A program made the position numbers and the translations under genes. A stretch of 64,000 nucleotides of DNA, from positions 32,001-96,000 of the IMG/VR virus record IMGVR_UViG_3300001472_000003, one strand, 5' to 3'. This document shows, piece after piece, positions 1 to 10,222 of this stretch. The stretch is from a virus. The stretch's first letter is position 1. Every line of letters starts with the position of its first letter. The notes under the pieces were generated by a model. It searched no databases. It was not told the origin of the DNA and saw nothing but the letters and a program-made list of their open reading frames with translations.

Positions 1-460
1 TTGTATAATTTACATCTATAGTTCCACTTGGACTAAGATTAATACTTGAAACACCTAATGAAAATGAAGGAGATAAGTTGACTGTAGCTACTTTAAACCA
101 TCCACTGCCATCTGTTATAAACAATGAATCAGTATCAGTTACATATACTTGTGTGCCGGATACTAAATTAGTTATAGGCAATTGTGAAGCACTTGCATAA
201 TTTGTTAATATATTGCCAGCAAAAGAAGCTAGACTAACATTAGCATGTGTACTATCATCTTTTTGTATTACTAATGTATTACCGGAGATAGACATTGAAG
301 ATACACCAATAGATTTATTTTCTATTTCAGTTACTTGTGCCGCTGTCAATGTTCCAACCTGTTTCCACTTATTTTTAGCGGCATTGTATCTCATTGATTT
401 ACCTTGAGCAATAAATAACTCGTTGTTACTTGGATTGCTTGGGAAGTTAATTACTGGCAT
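1..460 (-). CDS. Virion/tail protein, N-terminal part (runs off window); third paralog of the 478 and 2578 genes
   Basis: Manual translation from ATG at 460 (MPVINFPSNPSNNELFIAQGKSMRYNAAKNKW...NVSLASFAG...VTDTDSLFITDGSGWFKVATVNLSP) matches the N-terminal module of the two upstream genes; AAGGA SD. Confidence 0.75.
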   Translation of the reverse strand, partial: MPVINFPSNPSNNELFIAQGKSMRYNAAKNKWKQVGTLTAAQVTEIENKSIGVSSMSISGNTLVIQKDDSTHANVSLASFAGNILTNYASASQLPITNLVSGTQVYVTDTDSLFITDGSGWFKVATVNLSPSFSLGVSSINLSPSGTIDVNYT

Positions 461-477
461 TTTATTATCCTTTTTTA

Positions 478-2559
478 TTATGCTTTAAATACTTGAACCT
501 GACCATGGCCTGCACTAATCTTATTTGAAGCTGGAGCACCGTAAGCTAAAAATCCATTATTAGATATTGTTATTCTTCTGGCATCTGAACTATTAGCTCC
601 ACCACCATGAGCAGTGTTACCTGTATCTGCTTGAAGTTGATCAAACAAGCTATATGTATTGGAGCCATTTTTTTTGTATACATGTACAACACTTTCAATA
701 GAATTGTCAAATGTAGTATCCATTACTGCAATGTAGCTAGCATCTCCACTTATAGCAATTGCTGCACCAAATCGTCTATATTTGCTAAGACTGTCTGTAC
801 CAATATTTGAACCCAACCCAGTTGTTGGAGCTTCTAATATTTGAATTTGACCCCAATTATTTCCACTTAACTTATATACATATACTTGACCTACACCAGG
901 TACTCCACTACTATGATCACCCCTAATTTGAGTAATAACACATGTATCTGTATCACTCATGCGTACAGCATCTCCAAATCTACCTTCACCATTCGTAGTA
1001 AGTGAACCTATGATGTATTGTTGTTGAGTAAAATCTTTTCTATTTATATTTGAAGATTTATAAAAATACACAGCACCTCGATGAATTTGATCAGATCCAT
1101 ATTGAACACCATTATACGTAGTTGTTGTAAAAGATGTAGCCATTCCTATAGCTAACCATTCTGAATTAGCAGTCATTGCGCATCTTGCAATATTTGACCT
1201 TGTTGATTTAAGAAGCCAACCATTATTTGGTTCAGTTGCAAAATCGATAACCTGAAAATTAGATGCTCTATTTTCAATTCTGCCTTGAGAATCATCTATC
1301 TTCATAATTTGAAATACCGGACCTCTTAGCGATGTTCCTTTATCATAACCAAATACAACACACTGGCCATTATTTGTTCCAGTACCAAGACCCATACATA
1401 CTGATTCTCCAGCATACATATATGCTCGAGGATTTAGATTTGGCTCAATGAAATTATTTGTATTCTGTATTCCTTTACAAAATGTCCATGTACTACCTGA
1501 TCTCTGTAGTATTGTCATTGTTCCTCTGCTTGCTTGGCCTCCAATATCGGCATATGGATCTGATATTAGCAATCTTGTACCATCAGCATTCATTTGCATT
1601 CCAAATCTACCAAATGTGTTGTTAGGACGAGCACTTGTTTGGCTAGGATGTGCATTGTCAAAGTCTATATGATCAACTGTTGTTTGATGTGTCCATGAAT
1701 TTGTTGTACCATCACTAGTCCATATATCAATATGTCCACCACTACTGTTAGGAGTATTATAATACTCCTGAGATGAAATTGCTAAATATTTTCCATCCAT
1801 AGAAAGGACAGCATTCATACCATATCTAGCTTTATCCCCAGCTGCAGTACTGGTCCACTGATTTTGAAGAAATACACCATTATCAAAACCTACATTAACA
1901 TCTAAAGTTATCGCGGCTGTTCCTATATTAGTTCCATCAGTTACAGATATTGATAAAATACCACCTGACAATCCACTTTGACCAGCTGTTACTGTGACTG
2001 TATTATTACCAGTATGATGAGATATTGAAACTTGATCAGTATTAGATATACCTGAGTTTGATGTTGTAACAGTTACTGGTGTGCCTTCTGGCTCACTTGT
2101 TGTATATGTTATATCTATTGTTTCAGCTGGTGTAAACGATTTTGAACTTATACTTGCTGTTATTGTAGGACTGAGATTGATGCTGTCAATAACTCTCCAA
2201 GCACCAGATGATCTTATATATAAATTATCTGTCCCTGTAACAAATCCATGATCTCCATCTTGAATACCAGATGAAGGTAAATCTGATTCATTAGCATATA
2301 CTGTAACAGCTCCTCCCGCTATTGCATTGAGACTAACATTTGATGTAGAACCATCGGCTGATGTAAATACAAGATTACTTCCGGATATTGTTGTAGATGT
2401 TAGAGATGTATCAGTGGTTGGTATTAAATCATCTTCTACTTTAGATTGGAGTATTTCTCTTGTCCAAACATCTTTTAAAGACACATAAGTAAATGTAGTA
2501 CCTTCATGTGTTACTTGATCTCCATTATTAGGATTTGCTGGTAATGCTAAATTTGCCAT
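478..2559 (-). CDS. Tail/receptor-binding structural protein: shared N-terminal module plus FG-GAP-like beta-propeller C-terminus
   Basis: Repeated blades (RYGMNAVLSMDG, RFGDAVRMS, RFGAAIAISGDA, GAVYFY, GQVYVY); S/T/G/N-rich. Confidence 0.65.
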   Translation of the reverse strand: MANLALPANPNNGDQVTHEGTTFTYVSLKDVWTREILQSKVEDDLIPTTDTSLTSTTISGSNLVFTSADGSTSNVSLNAIAGGAVTVYANESDLPSSGIQDGDHGFVTGTDNLYIRSSGAWRVIDSINLSPTITASISSKSFTPAETIDITYTTSEPEGTPVTVTTSNSGISNTDQVSISHHTGNNTVTVTAGQSGLSGGILSISVTDGTNIGTAAITLDVNVGFDNGVFLQNQWTSTAAGDKARYGMNAVLSMDGKYLAISSQEYYNTPNSSGGHIDIWTSDGTTNSWTHQTTVDHIDFDNAHPSQTSARPNNTFGRFGMQMNADGTRLLISDPYADIGGQASRGTMTILQRSGSTWTFCKGIQNTNNFIEPNLNPRAYMYAGESVCMGLGTGTNNGQCVVFGYDKGTSLRGPVFQIMKIDDSQGRIENRASNFQVIDFATEPNNGWLLKSTRSNIARCAMTANSEWLAIGMATSFTTTTYNGVQYGSDQIHRGAVYFYKSSNINRKDFTQQQYIIGSLTTNGEGRFGDAVRMSDTDTCVITQIRGDHSSGVPGVGQVYVYKLSGNNWGQIQILEAPTTGLGSNIGTDSLSKYRRFGAAIAISGDASYIAVMDTTFDNSIESVVHVYKKNGSNTYSLFDQLQADTGNTAHGGGANSSDARRITISNNGFLAYGAPASNKISAGHGQVQVFKA
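2186..2346. repeat. Near-identical DNA block, copy 1 (copy 2 at 5534-5691)
   Basis: 59-bp exact match 2186-2244 = 5534-5592, plus a 34-bp exact match starting at 2284. Confidence 0.9.
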
Positions 2560-2577
2560 CTTAATTATATTCCTTTA

Positions 2578-5500
2578 TTATTTTGTTGTAAAGTCGATTG
2601 GTGTAAAATTATTATCCCAATATTTATTTCCATGTTCAACTCTAAGATTTCTCATAATACCATGAAAATTATGACGTGTTGCACCATTATTAGTAGGACT
2701 GTCCCAAGGAGCAGAACCACTTCTAGTCCAAGGACCTCCTAAAACAAAATTACCACTAGATCTTAATACTACATATTCATTATCAGGAATATATATAGAC
2801 CTTGTTAAATCTCTTTGGCCATTAATGAATAATCTATATTCACCTGCTCTACCATTACTGGTATTGAGTCCAGGTGCTAAAAAGACCAATGCATAATGAT
2901 ACCATTGATTGAATTGATTGCCAGTTGCCATAGTTTTAGATTGTTGACTTTTTCTATCAACAATCCATTGAAATCTATCTCCATTAGAGTCTGCTGTTCC
3001 GGGAGCAGAAGAATGTTGTTGCTCTAGCTTGAGACTTATAGCACCATTATTCTCATTTACTAATCCATATGACCACACATATGAATTTGTGTGTCCATTT
3101 GTTAATTGCATAGGATAAATCCATCCCTCTACACAGAAACCATAACCATCATTTCTGCTGGCGCTTGCACCATTGCCAAATGCATCTAAAACAGCGGATT
3201 CTTTAGGGTTTTCTCCATAAGTATCAAAACTATAAGGATATATTAATTTTGATCCAAAATTTGCATTACTGGAACCAGGATTAAAATATAGATAACTCTT
3301 ACCTGTAGTAGAACCCCCACCCAATTCTGATGGTTCATTGCTCGGCCAGTTAGCTATATTATCAGAATCTGATTTAATTATATCTACAGGACCAAACGAT
3401 GTATCTTTTGCATAATCAGGACTATAAGGTGTTTCAACTCCTGCTGTATCCATTAAAACATGATTCTTAAAATTTAATAATTGTTTAACATGTCCGGATG
3501 GTATTGCAGTATTTATATTAGTTGCAACTGGATATTCGCCACCTGTCAATGTTAGTGGGCCTGTTGGTGGTGTAAAATCTCCGGTATACACACATGTGCC
3601 TACTACAATTCTCATATCTGTCATATGCCCATTAAATGTTTCTCGTGTACCACTACCACCTTGAAAGTCTTTAGCAAAGGTACCCCAAAATGGTCTTCCA
3701 TTTGATGCATTATAATTACGTGTCGCACTGCCCATATAAGTTGTACCTGAGGCACGACGACCATTTAAATAGACTTGGGAATTATCACCATCTCTTGTTA
3801 TAGCCATATGATACCACACTCCTGCGGCGATCTTATGATTATAAGTAGAAAAATTGGGGTTGTCTCCTTTTAATTGATTTCCATCTAATGGTTTATCAAT
3901 ATAAAAATATGGTCCTGCATAATTGCCATTATTTGATCCGTTATTTCTAAAATCAACTAATGTCATTCTGGCTTGATTTGAGGTTCCTCCAGTATGATGC
4001 CTTGCCTTGAACCAAAATTCTATTGTCCATGGGCCTGTACCAAGTGCTATTCCAGATTCACTTCCATTGTTATTTGTGTCGACAGGTCCTGTAGTTATAC
4101 CACCTCTTCCTGCTGTTACAAAGGGATGCATTGATACTGAACCTAAATTCTTGACTGCTTCTACGTTATAGTCATATGGGCTCCTTCTAACTATTTCAAA
4201 TTTTGAAGCACCTGCCATATTATTTTGAATATTACCATTATACTCTACTTTAGTAGAGTTTGAAAAGTCGCCAGTTCCTATATACGAAGTTGGTTGTCCT
4301 GTTGATATAATATTCATAGGTCCTGATGGCCATTGTGATTGAATATCACTATCCATAGTAGAAGTAGGATTTGATGTCCCTATAGAAAAATCATAGAAAA
4401 ATGGTGCTTGTGGTGGAGTAAAATTATTACTAGTGTATACTGCTCTATGTGTTAATCTATAATCATTTATCATCCCTTTAAAAGGAGCACCGTAGGATTT
4501 TAATCCATTCTCGCCCTGATATCCACCGAACCAAGCATATTTAGCACCTGAACCAGTATAATTCATATCATCAGGAAATATGTCGTGGTCATTTTGATCT
4601 AATTCAACACCATTTAGATAGCATTTATAATTGCCAACACTATCAGTTGATGATGCTCTTACTATAGCTAGATGATGCCATTGTCCTCTTGGTATTGGAG
4701 TAGTACTATCTTCACCCACTTGATGCCATATTTTTTTATATCTTTGGTTGTTTTGGCGATAAAATAGATATACACCAGTTGCTGTTACTGATGTTCCTCC
4801 ATGGAGACCCATAGCCCATGAGCCATTTTGTTCAGCGCCTGCACTTTGATTGGTATCTCTGCCTGTTAGAGCAACAGATCTTCTAGAACCATTGTTTTGA
4901 TTCCTTGGAGCTTCTTTAGAAGTGACAAATATATTCATTTCCCAAGTACATGCTCCAGTTCCTGGCATGTTAGCATATCCATCATTGTTTATAACACTAT
5001 AAGAGCCATTAAATTGAGCAGAATATCCAGCAGGATGATACGGTGAGACATTTGAATGAAATACATTTCTTTCAGTTGCGTCTGCATTGTGTTTAGGTTG
5101 TGGATTTGTTAATCCGGTCTCATCTTTAAAAGTTGCAAATCTATTATTATTTACGAATTCACTATTATTATGAGTATTATCATAATTTGGATTAACTGAA
5201 AGATTTAATACAGCTGCTTTAGAGTTAGCAACCTGAAGACTAAAATCTAATGTAACACTATCAGACTGTATATTTGTTCCATCAGTGGCTCTAATAAGTA
5301 ATGTTCCTCCAAATAATTCACTTGTTCCAGAGACAACAGTAATAGTATTATTTCCTGAATGATGTGTAATATTTACTTGTGATGTGTTAGCAATACCTGT
5401 GTTAGAAGTTGTAACTGTTACTGGTGTTCCTTCAGGTTCTGTAACTGTGTATGTTATATCTATTGATTCTGCTGAATCTGCAAATGTATGAGATGATATA

Positions 5501-5901
5501 CTTGCTGTTACTGTGGGTGCGAGATTGACAGCATCAATAACTCTCCAAGCACCAGATGATCTTATATATAAATTATCTGTCCCTGTAACAAACCCATGAG
5601 ATCCATCTTGTGCACTGGCCGGTAAATTTGATTCATTAGCATATACTGTAACAGCTCCTCCCTCTATTGCATTGAGACTAACATTTGATGTTGTTCCGTC
5701 TGCTGCTGTAAATACTAGATTGCTACCAGTAATGGATGTTGATGATATAGATGTATCAGTGGCTGGTATTACATTTTCAAATCGGCCTACTAGTGATTCC
5801 CTATACCAAACATTTTTTGCTTGATTGTATATAAATTTAGTATTCTCATGAGTAACTACCTGTCCATCAGATGGACTAGTTGGAAGATTTAGATTCGCCA
5901 T
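2578..5901 (-). CDS. Tail/receptor-binding structural protein with three LamG/ConA-like domains
   Basis: Three WT(I/W/V)E...W(H/Y)H(L/M/Y)A...YLNG/FING...F.G.(I/M).D.R units; N-terminus shared with neighbours. Confidence 0.75.
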   Translation of the reverse strand: MANLNLPTSPSDGQVVTHENTKFIYNQAKNVWYRESLVGRFENVIPATDTSISSTSITGSNLVFTAADGTTSNVSLNAIEGGAVTVYANESNLPASAQDGSHGFVTGTDNLYIRSSGAWRVIDAVNLAPTVTASISSHTFADSAESIDITYTVTEPEGTPVTVTTSNTGIANTSQVNITHHSGNNTITVVSGTSELFGGTLLIRATDGTNIQSDSVTLDFSLQVANSKAAVLNLSVNPNYDNTHNNSEFVNNNRFATFKDETGLTNPQPKHNADATERNVFHSNVSPYHPAGYSAQFNGSYSVINNDGYANMPGTGACTWEMNIFVTSKEAPRNQNNGSRRSVALTGRDTNQSAGAEQNGSWAMGLHGGTSVTATGVYLFYRQNNQRYKKIWHQVGEDSTTPIPRGQWHHLAIVRASSTDSVGNYKCYLNGVELDQNDHDIFPDDMNYTGSGAKYAWFGGYQGENGLKSYGAPFKGMINDYRLTHRAVYTSNNFTPPQAPFFYDFSIGTSNPTSTMDSDIQSQWPSGPMNIISTGQPTSYIGTGDFSNSTKVEYNGNIQNNMAGASKFEIVRRSPYDYNVEAVKNLGSVSMHPFVTAGRGGITTGPVDTNNNGSESGIALGTGPWTIEFWFKARHHTGGTSNQARMTLVDFRNNGSNNGNYAGPYFYIDKPLDGNQLKGDNPNFSTYNHKIAAGVWYHMAITRDGDNSQVYLNGRRASGTTYMGSATRNYNASNGRPFWGTFAKDFQGGSGTRETFNGHMTDMRIVVGTCVYTGDFTPPTGPLTLTGGEYPVATNINTAIPSGHVKQLLNFKNHVLMDTAGVETPYSPDYAKDTSFGPVDIIKSDSDNIANWPSNEPSELGGGSTTGKSYLYFNPGSSNANFGSKLIYPYSFDTYGENPKESAVLDAFGNGASASRNDGYGFCVEGWIYPMQLTNGHTNSYVWSYGLVNENNGAISLKLEQQHSSAPGTADSNGDRFQWIVDRKSQQSKTMATGNQFNQWYHYALVFLAPGLNTSNGRAGEYRLFINGQRDLTRSIYIPDNEYVVLRSSGNFVLGGPWTRSGSAPWDSPTNNGATRHNFHGIMRNLRVEHGNKYWDNNFTPIDFTTK
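5534..5691. repeat. Near-identical DNA block, copy 2
   Basis: See 2186-2346. Confidence 0.9.
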
Positions 5902-5915
5902 TTTTGAATTCCTTA

Positions 5916-6047
5916 TTATTTTGTGGTTATATTTTTAATTTTGGATATGACCCAATTTTGTATTGATTTAGCATACCATGGTTGTGGCATATTCCATCCT
6001 ATAAAAGCACCAATTATTAACCAAAAGACGATATCCGTCATAAGCAT
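5916..6047 (-). CDS. Small membrane protein, 43 aa (not in ORF track)
   Basis: MLMTDIVFWLIIGAFIGWNMPQPWYAKSIQNWVISKIKNITTK; AAGGGAG SD; late promoter upstream. Confidence 0.75.
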   Translation of the reverse strand: MLMTDIVFWLIIGAFIGWNMPQPWYAKSIQNWVISKIKNITTK

Positions 6048-6086
6048 GATCTCCCTTTTAAAATTTGCATAGATAAATTATACGAG

Positions 6087-6094
6087 TATTTATA
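6087..6094 (-). promoter_or_regulatory. T4-type late promoter TATAAATA
   Basis: Exact gp55 consensus, intergenic, upstream of the tail genes. Confidence 0.8.
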
Positions 6095-6105
6095 ATAATT
6101 AAAGA

Positions 6106-6729
6106 CTATATCTGACCAATAATTGTAAATCTTTTATCTGTTTCTATATTATTATTTTTATGATTAATATCATTTACTGAAGCGCTAATTATTTCTAAAT
6201 TAGAAGGCATTTGATCTCTAAATTCTGTTAGGGATTTAACACAATTTACATGATCACTTACCCCAATCATATCATTTGATTGAAATGCTATAAATGTTCC
6301 TGGCATAATTTGGTTCCATTTATTCCAATATTTCATTGGTGGCATATGTTCACACGACGTATTTATTATAAGATCTGCGTCCTTTAATTTAGGTAGATTA
6401 TCAATCCATATATTTGCTGTTTTTATAATAGCATTACTAATTGGTCTAGCCCTACTAACACTAGCACAATTATTATCCATATCATAGCCTGTTATTGAAT
6501 TACAATGCTTAGACAATAATGGAAATAAAACCGTACCATACCAGCAGGCAAGTACTGTAATATTATCTATCTCGTCAAATATACCCAAAGATTCAATAGT
6601 AGACACTAGATGCATCTTAGAATTATATTGGTTTCTTCTATAACTATTCATTAGATTATTAATTATATGAGGTTTATTATTTACAACAAACGTTATTCTA
6701 TCTAATATATCATGTATTTCTTCAGTCAT
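6106..6729 (-). CDS. Class I SAM-dependent methyltransferase-like protein
   Basis: VLACWYG, ITGYDMD, DLIINTSCEHM, FQSND motifs; start moved to MTEEIH (6729). Confidence 0.6.
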   Translation of the reverse strand: MTEEIHDILDRITFVVNNKPHIINNLMNSYRRNQYNSKMHLVSTIESLGIFDEIDNITVLACWYGTVLFPLLSKHCNSITGYDMDNNCASVSRARPISNAIIKTANIWIDNLPKLKDADLIINTSCEHMPPMKYWNKWNQIMPGTFIAFQSNDMIGVSDHVNCVKSLTEFRDQMPSNLEIISASVNDINHKNNNIETDKRFTIIGQI

Positions 6730-7450
6730 ATGATTGCCAATATTCCTTAGCCCATCCTGATGCGTCATGAAGTTCAGTTCCATTATATTCATTATTATTA
6801 AACAAACAAACATTATATTCAGGCAAATATAATTGAGTTTTTTCTCTTTTTATGTCATGGCCTTTGTTATAACTATATACTGTTTTATGGGGCAAATAAT
6901 CAATTACTTTATTGCACACATTATATAATGTTTTATCTAATCCTTTATAACAATATGAATAATAGTTATAATTATATTTATTATCAAATATTATATTATG
7001 GACATCTCTATATGATGAATATGTAAATATTATAGAGGAATTAACACCAGTATTAAAAGAGCCATAATTTGCATGTAAATAATCTCTATTAACCCAAGGT
7101 GATTTTATTACAGTCAATTTAGAAGGAATTGTATTACTTAAGTATTCTGTCCAATCCTTAAGAATTAACATGTCTATATCCAACAATAATATTTTATCTT
7201 TAAATATGGGATCAGTTACAGCTTTTATTTTTTGGCTCGTCCAAACCTCACCTCCCCATAATCCTTTAGGTATACCATACTTAATTATATCATGTATAAT
7301 AATATTATCTTTAATTCCTTCTTTGTCATCAGTGATACAATGAAATTTAAAAGGTATCTTTATATAATCAATACATTGATTGTATAACCTATTTACATAT
7401 TTGGCACTATATTTTGTGCCCCATTTCATACATAATATATTAATATTCAT
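6722..7450 (-). CDS. GT-A fold glycosyltransferase-like protein
   Basis: ILCMKWGTKYSAKYVNRL, FHCITDD, DxD in LLDIDM, VNSSII. Confidence 0.7.
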   Translation of the reverse strand: MNINILCMKWGTKYSAKYVNRLYNQCIDYIKIPFKFHCITDDKEGIKDNIIIHDIIKYGIPKGLWGGEVWTSQKIKAVTDPIFKDKILLLDIDMLILKDWTEYLSNTIPSKLTVIKSPWVNRDYLHANYGSFNTGVNSSIIFTYSSYRDVHNIIFDNKYNYNYYSYCYKGLDKTLYNVCNKVIDYLPHKTVYSYNKGHDIKREKTQLYLPEYNVCLFNNNEYNGTELHDASGWAKEYWQSYD

Positions 7451-7800
7451 TATTTCATAAAATTTTTATCAATATCATCGGATATTTTTTTAGATTTAAA
7501 TGATACTTCACCACCTGATGCAATTAAGCATGCTACATTAGAACTATGTAGTTCAATTATCTGAAATTCATTAGATTCTGGATGATAATATACTATTAAT
7601 GGTATTTCTGCATAATTAATGGCGTCTTGTGTTACTATTGTAATACCACCAAGTAGTGGTTTGCTGCCAACATTATCCAATATTTGAATTAGCTCTTGTG
7701 GTGTTGAACATTGCACTGGTTTTTGTACCCAACGTGGTTCTGCTATAGCTATACTGCTAATAGCAATTAATATTAAAAACGAATATATTAATTTAAACAT
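7450..7800 (-). CDS. Hypothetical exported protein
   Basis: Signal peptide ending AIA; two Cys. Confidence 0.55.
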   Translation of the reverse strand: MFKLIYSFLILIAISSIAIAEPRWVQKPVQCSTPQELIQILDNVGSKPLLGGITIVTQDAINYAEIPLIVYYHPESNEFQIIELHSSNVACLIASGGEVSFKSKKISDDIDKNFMK

Positions 7801-8461
7801 TTCTTTCCTCGTAGTTTGTACGAACCTCTATAAATTTATATATCCATTTATCTCTATGTTGTATAAATATTTGTGGTTCATTAGAATCATTAGCGATTAA
7901 TGTCACTAATTGTGTTATTGGCTCCCTTACTCTTTCCTCCCACATCACTGCATATGCAGCTTCTTGCATAAAATAGTTTGTAACCCATTCTTCTTTTTTT
8001 ACCTTTAATGATGTTTTAAAGTCAATAATAGATAATTTATTATCATACTCCGCAACACAATCAACCGTACCCGCACTTTTTAGATAATGCGAATATAAAG
8101 GTGCTTCAAGGGCTCTGATATTATTTATTTTATTTTTAATTATATCTTTGAGTTGTATAAAAAGAAAATTGTCAGAAGGCATTATTTTTTCCTCTGACAA
8201 TTTATTTTCTAAATAATCTTCACACATTTTATGTACTGATGTGCCTCTACGTGAAGCTTTGGTTGATATTTTTTGAGCTTCTTTGCTGCCAACTCTTCTA
8301 CGCCATTCAACAATTGCCTTTTTATTTAACTGAGATAGTACCGTTGTCACTGACGGATATGCTTGTCCAGTCGGAGTCTGATAAACTCTGCCTTGATCCG
8401 TTGTAATGCGCTTTAGCTTCTCTAATTCCACTGTCAGCGGAATGTGGGTAAATTGTTTCAT
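7793..8461 (-). CDS. PD-(D/E)XK exonuclease (marine T4-like type)
   Basis: YPSVTTVL, RGTSVH, AGTVDC, IIDFKTS, YFMQEAAY. Confidence 0.85.
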   Translation of the reverse strand: MKQFTHIPLTVELEKLKRITTDQGRVYQTPTGQAYPSVTTVLSQLNKKAIVEWRRRVGSKEAQKISTKASRRGTSVHKMCEDYLENKLSEEKIMPSDNFLFIQLKDIIKNKINNIRALEAPLYSHYLKSAGTVDCVAEYDNKLSIIDFKTSLKVKKEEWVTNYFMQEAAYAVMWEERVREPITQLVTLIANDSNEPQIFIQHRDKWIYKFIEVRTNYEERNV

Positions 8462-9173
8462 ATTTTACATACTCTCTTGCTATAATATAATCGCGTACAA
8501 ACCCAGATCTTACAATATCATCAATACCAAATTCTATCATAGCTACTGTTGACATATTTTTTAATATTTTTATTGTTTGTTTAAATCCTGTTTGCTCATT
8601 ATTTAAATCTGATTGTCTAATATCACCACATAATATTAATTTAGAATTATTGCCTATTCTTGTTATTAATGAATTAAGTTCATGGTCTGTCATATTTTGG
8701 AATTCATCAATTAATATTATTGAATTATCTAATGTTATACCACGAACAAATGATGTAGACATAAATTCTACTATATCTTTTTGTTTTAATATTTCATATG
8801 CATCACCTCTATTAAACATTTGATTAGTTATTTGTTTATAAGGTTCTTCATACACTTTCATCTTATCTTTTTGACTTCCTGGAAGAAATCCCATATCTCT
8901 GGTGGGCACAACACTTCTAAATATATACATTTTGTTGTAACCCCCGCTTAATACATCGTTTAACGCATTGTATATTGATATATAAGACTTACCCGTACCT
9001 GCATATCCATATAAGACTAGATGTTTATCTTGGTTATATTTGTTAAATGCTATTTCTTGATTGATTGTTTTTGGTTTTATTCTTCCTAATTTTAAATTGT
9101 TTTTAAGATTATTTTCACTTGATCCATTATGCTTATTCATTTGTCTTCGTTGTCTTTTAGATAATTTTGACAT
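8322..9173 (-). CDS. phoH: PhoH-like ATPase
   Basis: GYAGTGKS, MGFLPG, RGITLD, IDEFQN, TRIG, GDIRQSD, DIVRSG. Confidence 0.93.
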   Translation of the reverse strand: MSKLSKRQRRQMNKHNGSSENNLKNNLKLGRIKPKTINQEIAFNKYNQDKHLVLYGYAGTGKSYISIYNALNDVLSGGYNKMYIFRSVVPTRDMGFLPGSQKDKMKVYEEPYKQITNQMFNRGDAYEILKQKDIVEFMSTSFVRGITLDNSIILIDEFQNMTDHELNSLITRIGNNSKLILCGDIRQSDLNNEQTGFKQTIKILKNMSTVAMIEFGIDDIVRSGFVRDYIIAREYVKYETIYPHSADSGIREAKAHYNGSRQSLSDSDWTSISVSDNGTISVK

Positions 9174-9199
9174 TAAGCAATCCTTGGTTAGAGTTAAAA

Positions 9200-9463
9200 T
9201 TAATCACCTACATTAACATTACCACTTCCAGTTGCTGTATGACCACATAATGTATTACCATCACCAGCATTGCATACTGCAATGCCTCCTATAAATACTT
9301 TATTGGAGCCTGCAACAATATTTTGAGGAATATGAGGTAATGGCCCATGACCAGCTACCCCATCCATATGAACAATAACTTTGTTACTATTAGCAAAGAC
9401 ACTAGATTGAGAAGGTATTAAATCTCCTCCAGATGTATCATTATCTCTTGATATACCAGGCAT
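9200..9463 (-). CDS. PAAR-repeat spike tip protein (gp5.4-like)
   Basis: GSNKVFIGG, CGHTATGSGNVNVG, His/Cys metal ligands. Confidence 0.85.
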   Translation of the reverse strand: MPGISRDNDTSGGDLIPSQSSVFANSNKVIVHMDGVAGHGPLPHIPQNIVAGSNKVFIGGIAVCNAGDGNTLCGHTATGSGNVNVGD

Positions 9464-9771
9464 TATTGCAATCCTCCTCTATCTTTCCATTTTTTTGCAA
9501 AATTATTTAATTTAACCTCTTTAGTTGATCTGCCACCAACCCTATCCGCTAAAGCAGAAGTAGGATTTGCTTTAGCTATTCTTGATTGAAGTTCATTCCA
9601 TCCACCATCTTTATTATTCATAGCACTTTTTTGTGACGATATAAAATTTGGTACAGATAAAACTTTTTTAATATTGGGATTTAAATTGAGATACGATTCC
9701 ATTTCGCCTATAGTCATAAATGTCTCTTCGTATTCATCAGTATCTATATTATGGAATTGATATGTTGGCAT
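9463..9771 (-). CDS. Conserved hypothetical phage protein (MPTY-start, FmdB-like)
   Basis: MPTYQF...E..MTIGEME.YL..NP; typical neighbour of phoH. Confidence 0.55.
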   Translation of the reverse strand: MPTYQFHNIDTDEYEETFMTIGEMESYLNLNPNIKKVLSVPNFISSQKSAMNNKDGGWNELQSRIAKANPTSALADRVGGRSTKEVKLNNFAKKWKDRGGLQ

Positions 9772-9775
9772 GTTA

Positions 9776-10222
9776 TTATTTAGCTTTTTCTAGAGCTGGT
9801 AACATTCCAGGGAATGCTTCACTTACTAATTTATATGTAATATTTTTTATAGGACATTTTTTTTCTTTCATTCCTATTAATAATTTAGCATCATCTGGAT
9901 GTACAAATTCAATCATCTGTAAAAACATTGTCTCTTTCTTAATGCGATGTAAATTAGGACTGCCACCAGATTCAGTTGTTAATAAGTGATTGGCTTTTCT
10001 AATTTCTTTATATATAAAAGTCTCAGCATTTATTGGTTCACCTGGTTTGTATGGTGGTTCTCCTTCTGGCAAATCAAATACTGCTTTAGGATGAAATGTA
10101 AAATGTAAATAAGCTTGTAGATTAGGCACATGTTTTACATAATACTTTAATGCATCTGCTCTTTGTGTTTGGGGTTTTTTAGAGATGTCTTTTAACATCT
10201 GTGTAAATGTTGGTTTTGCCAT
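9776..10222 (-). CDS. Conserved hypothetical T4-like protein
   Basis: FDLPEGEPPY, KKETMFLQMIE.VHPDDAKLL. Confidence 0.6.
   Translation of the reverse strand: MAKPTFTQMLKDISKKPQTQRADALKYYVKHVPNLQAYLHFTFHPKAVFDLPEGEPPYKPGEPINAETFIYKEIRKANHLLTTESGGSPNLHRIKKETMFLQMIEFVHPDDAKLLIGMKEKKCPIKNITYKLVSEAFPGMLPALEKAK

Noticed and set aside
2186-5691. Tail-gene repeats as a diversity-generating retroelement TR/VR pair
   Set aside because: Mismatches are not adenine-specific, both copies are in N-terminal coding regions, and there is no reverse transcriptase in the window
7793-8461. Exonuclease as a CRISPR-associated Cas4
   Set aside because: Lacks the four-Cys Fe-S pattern and any array; it is the usual phoH-adjacent exonuclease of T4-like phages
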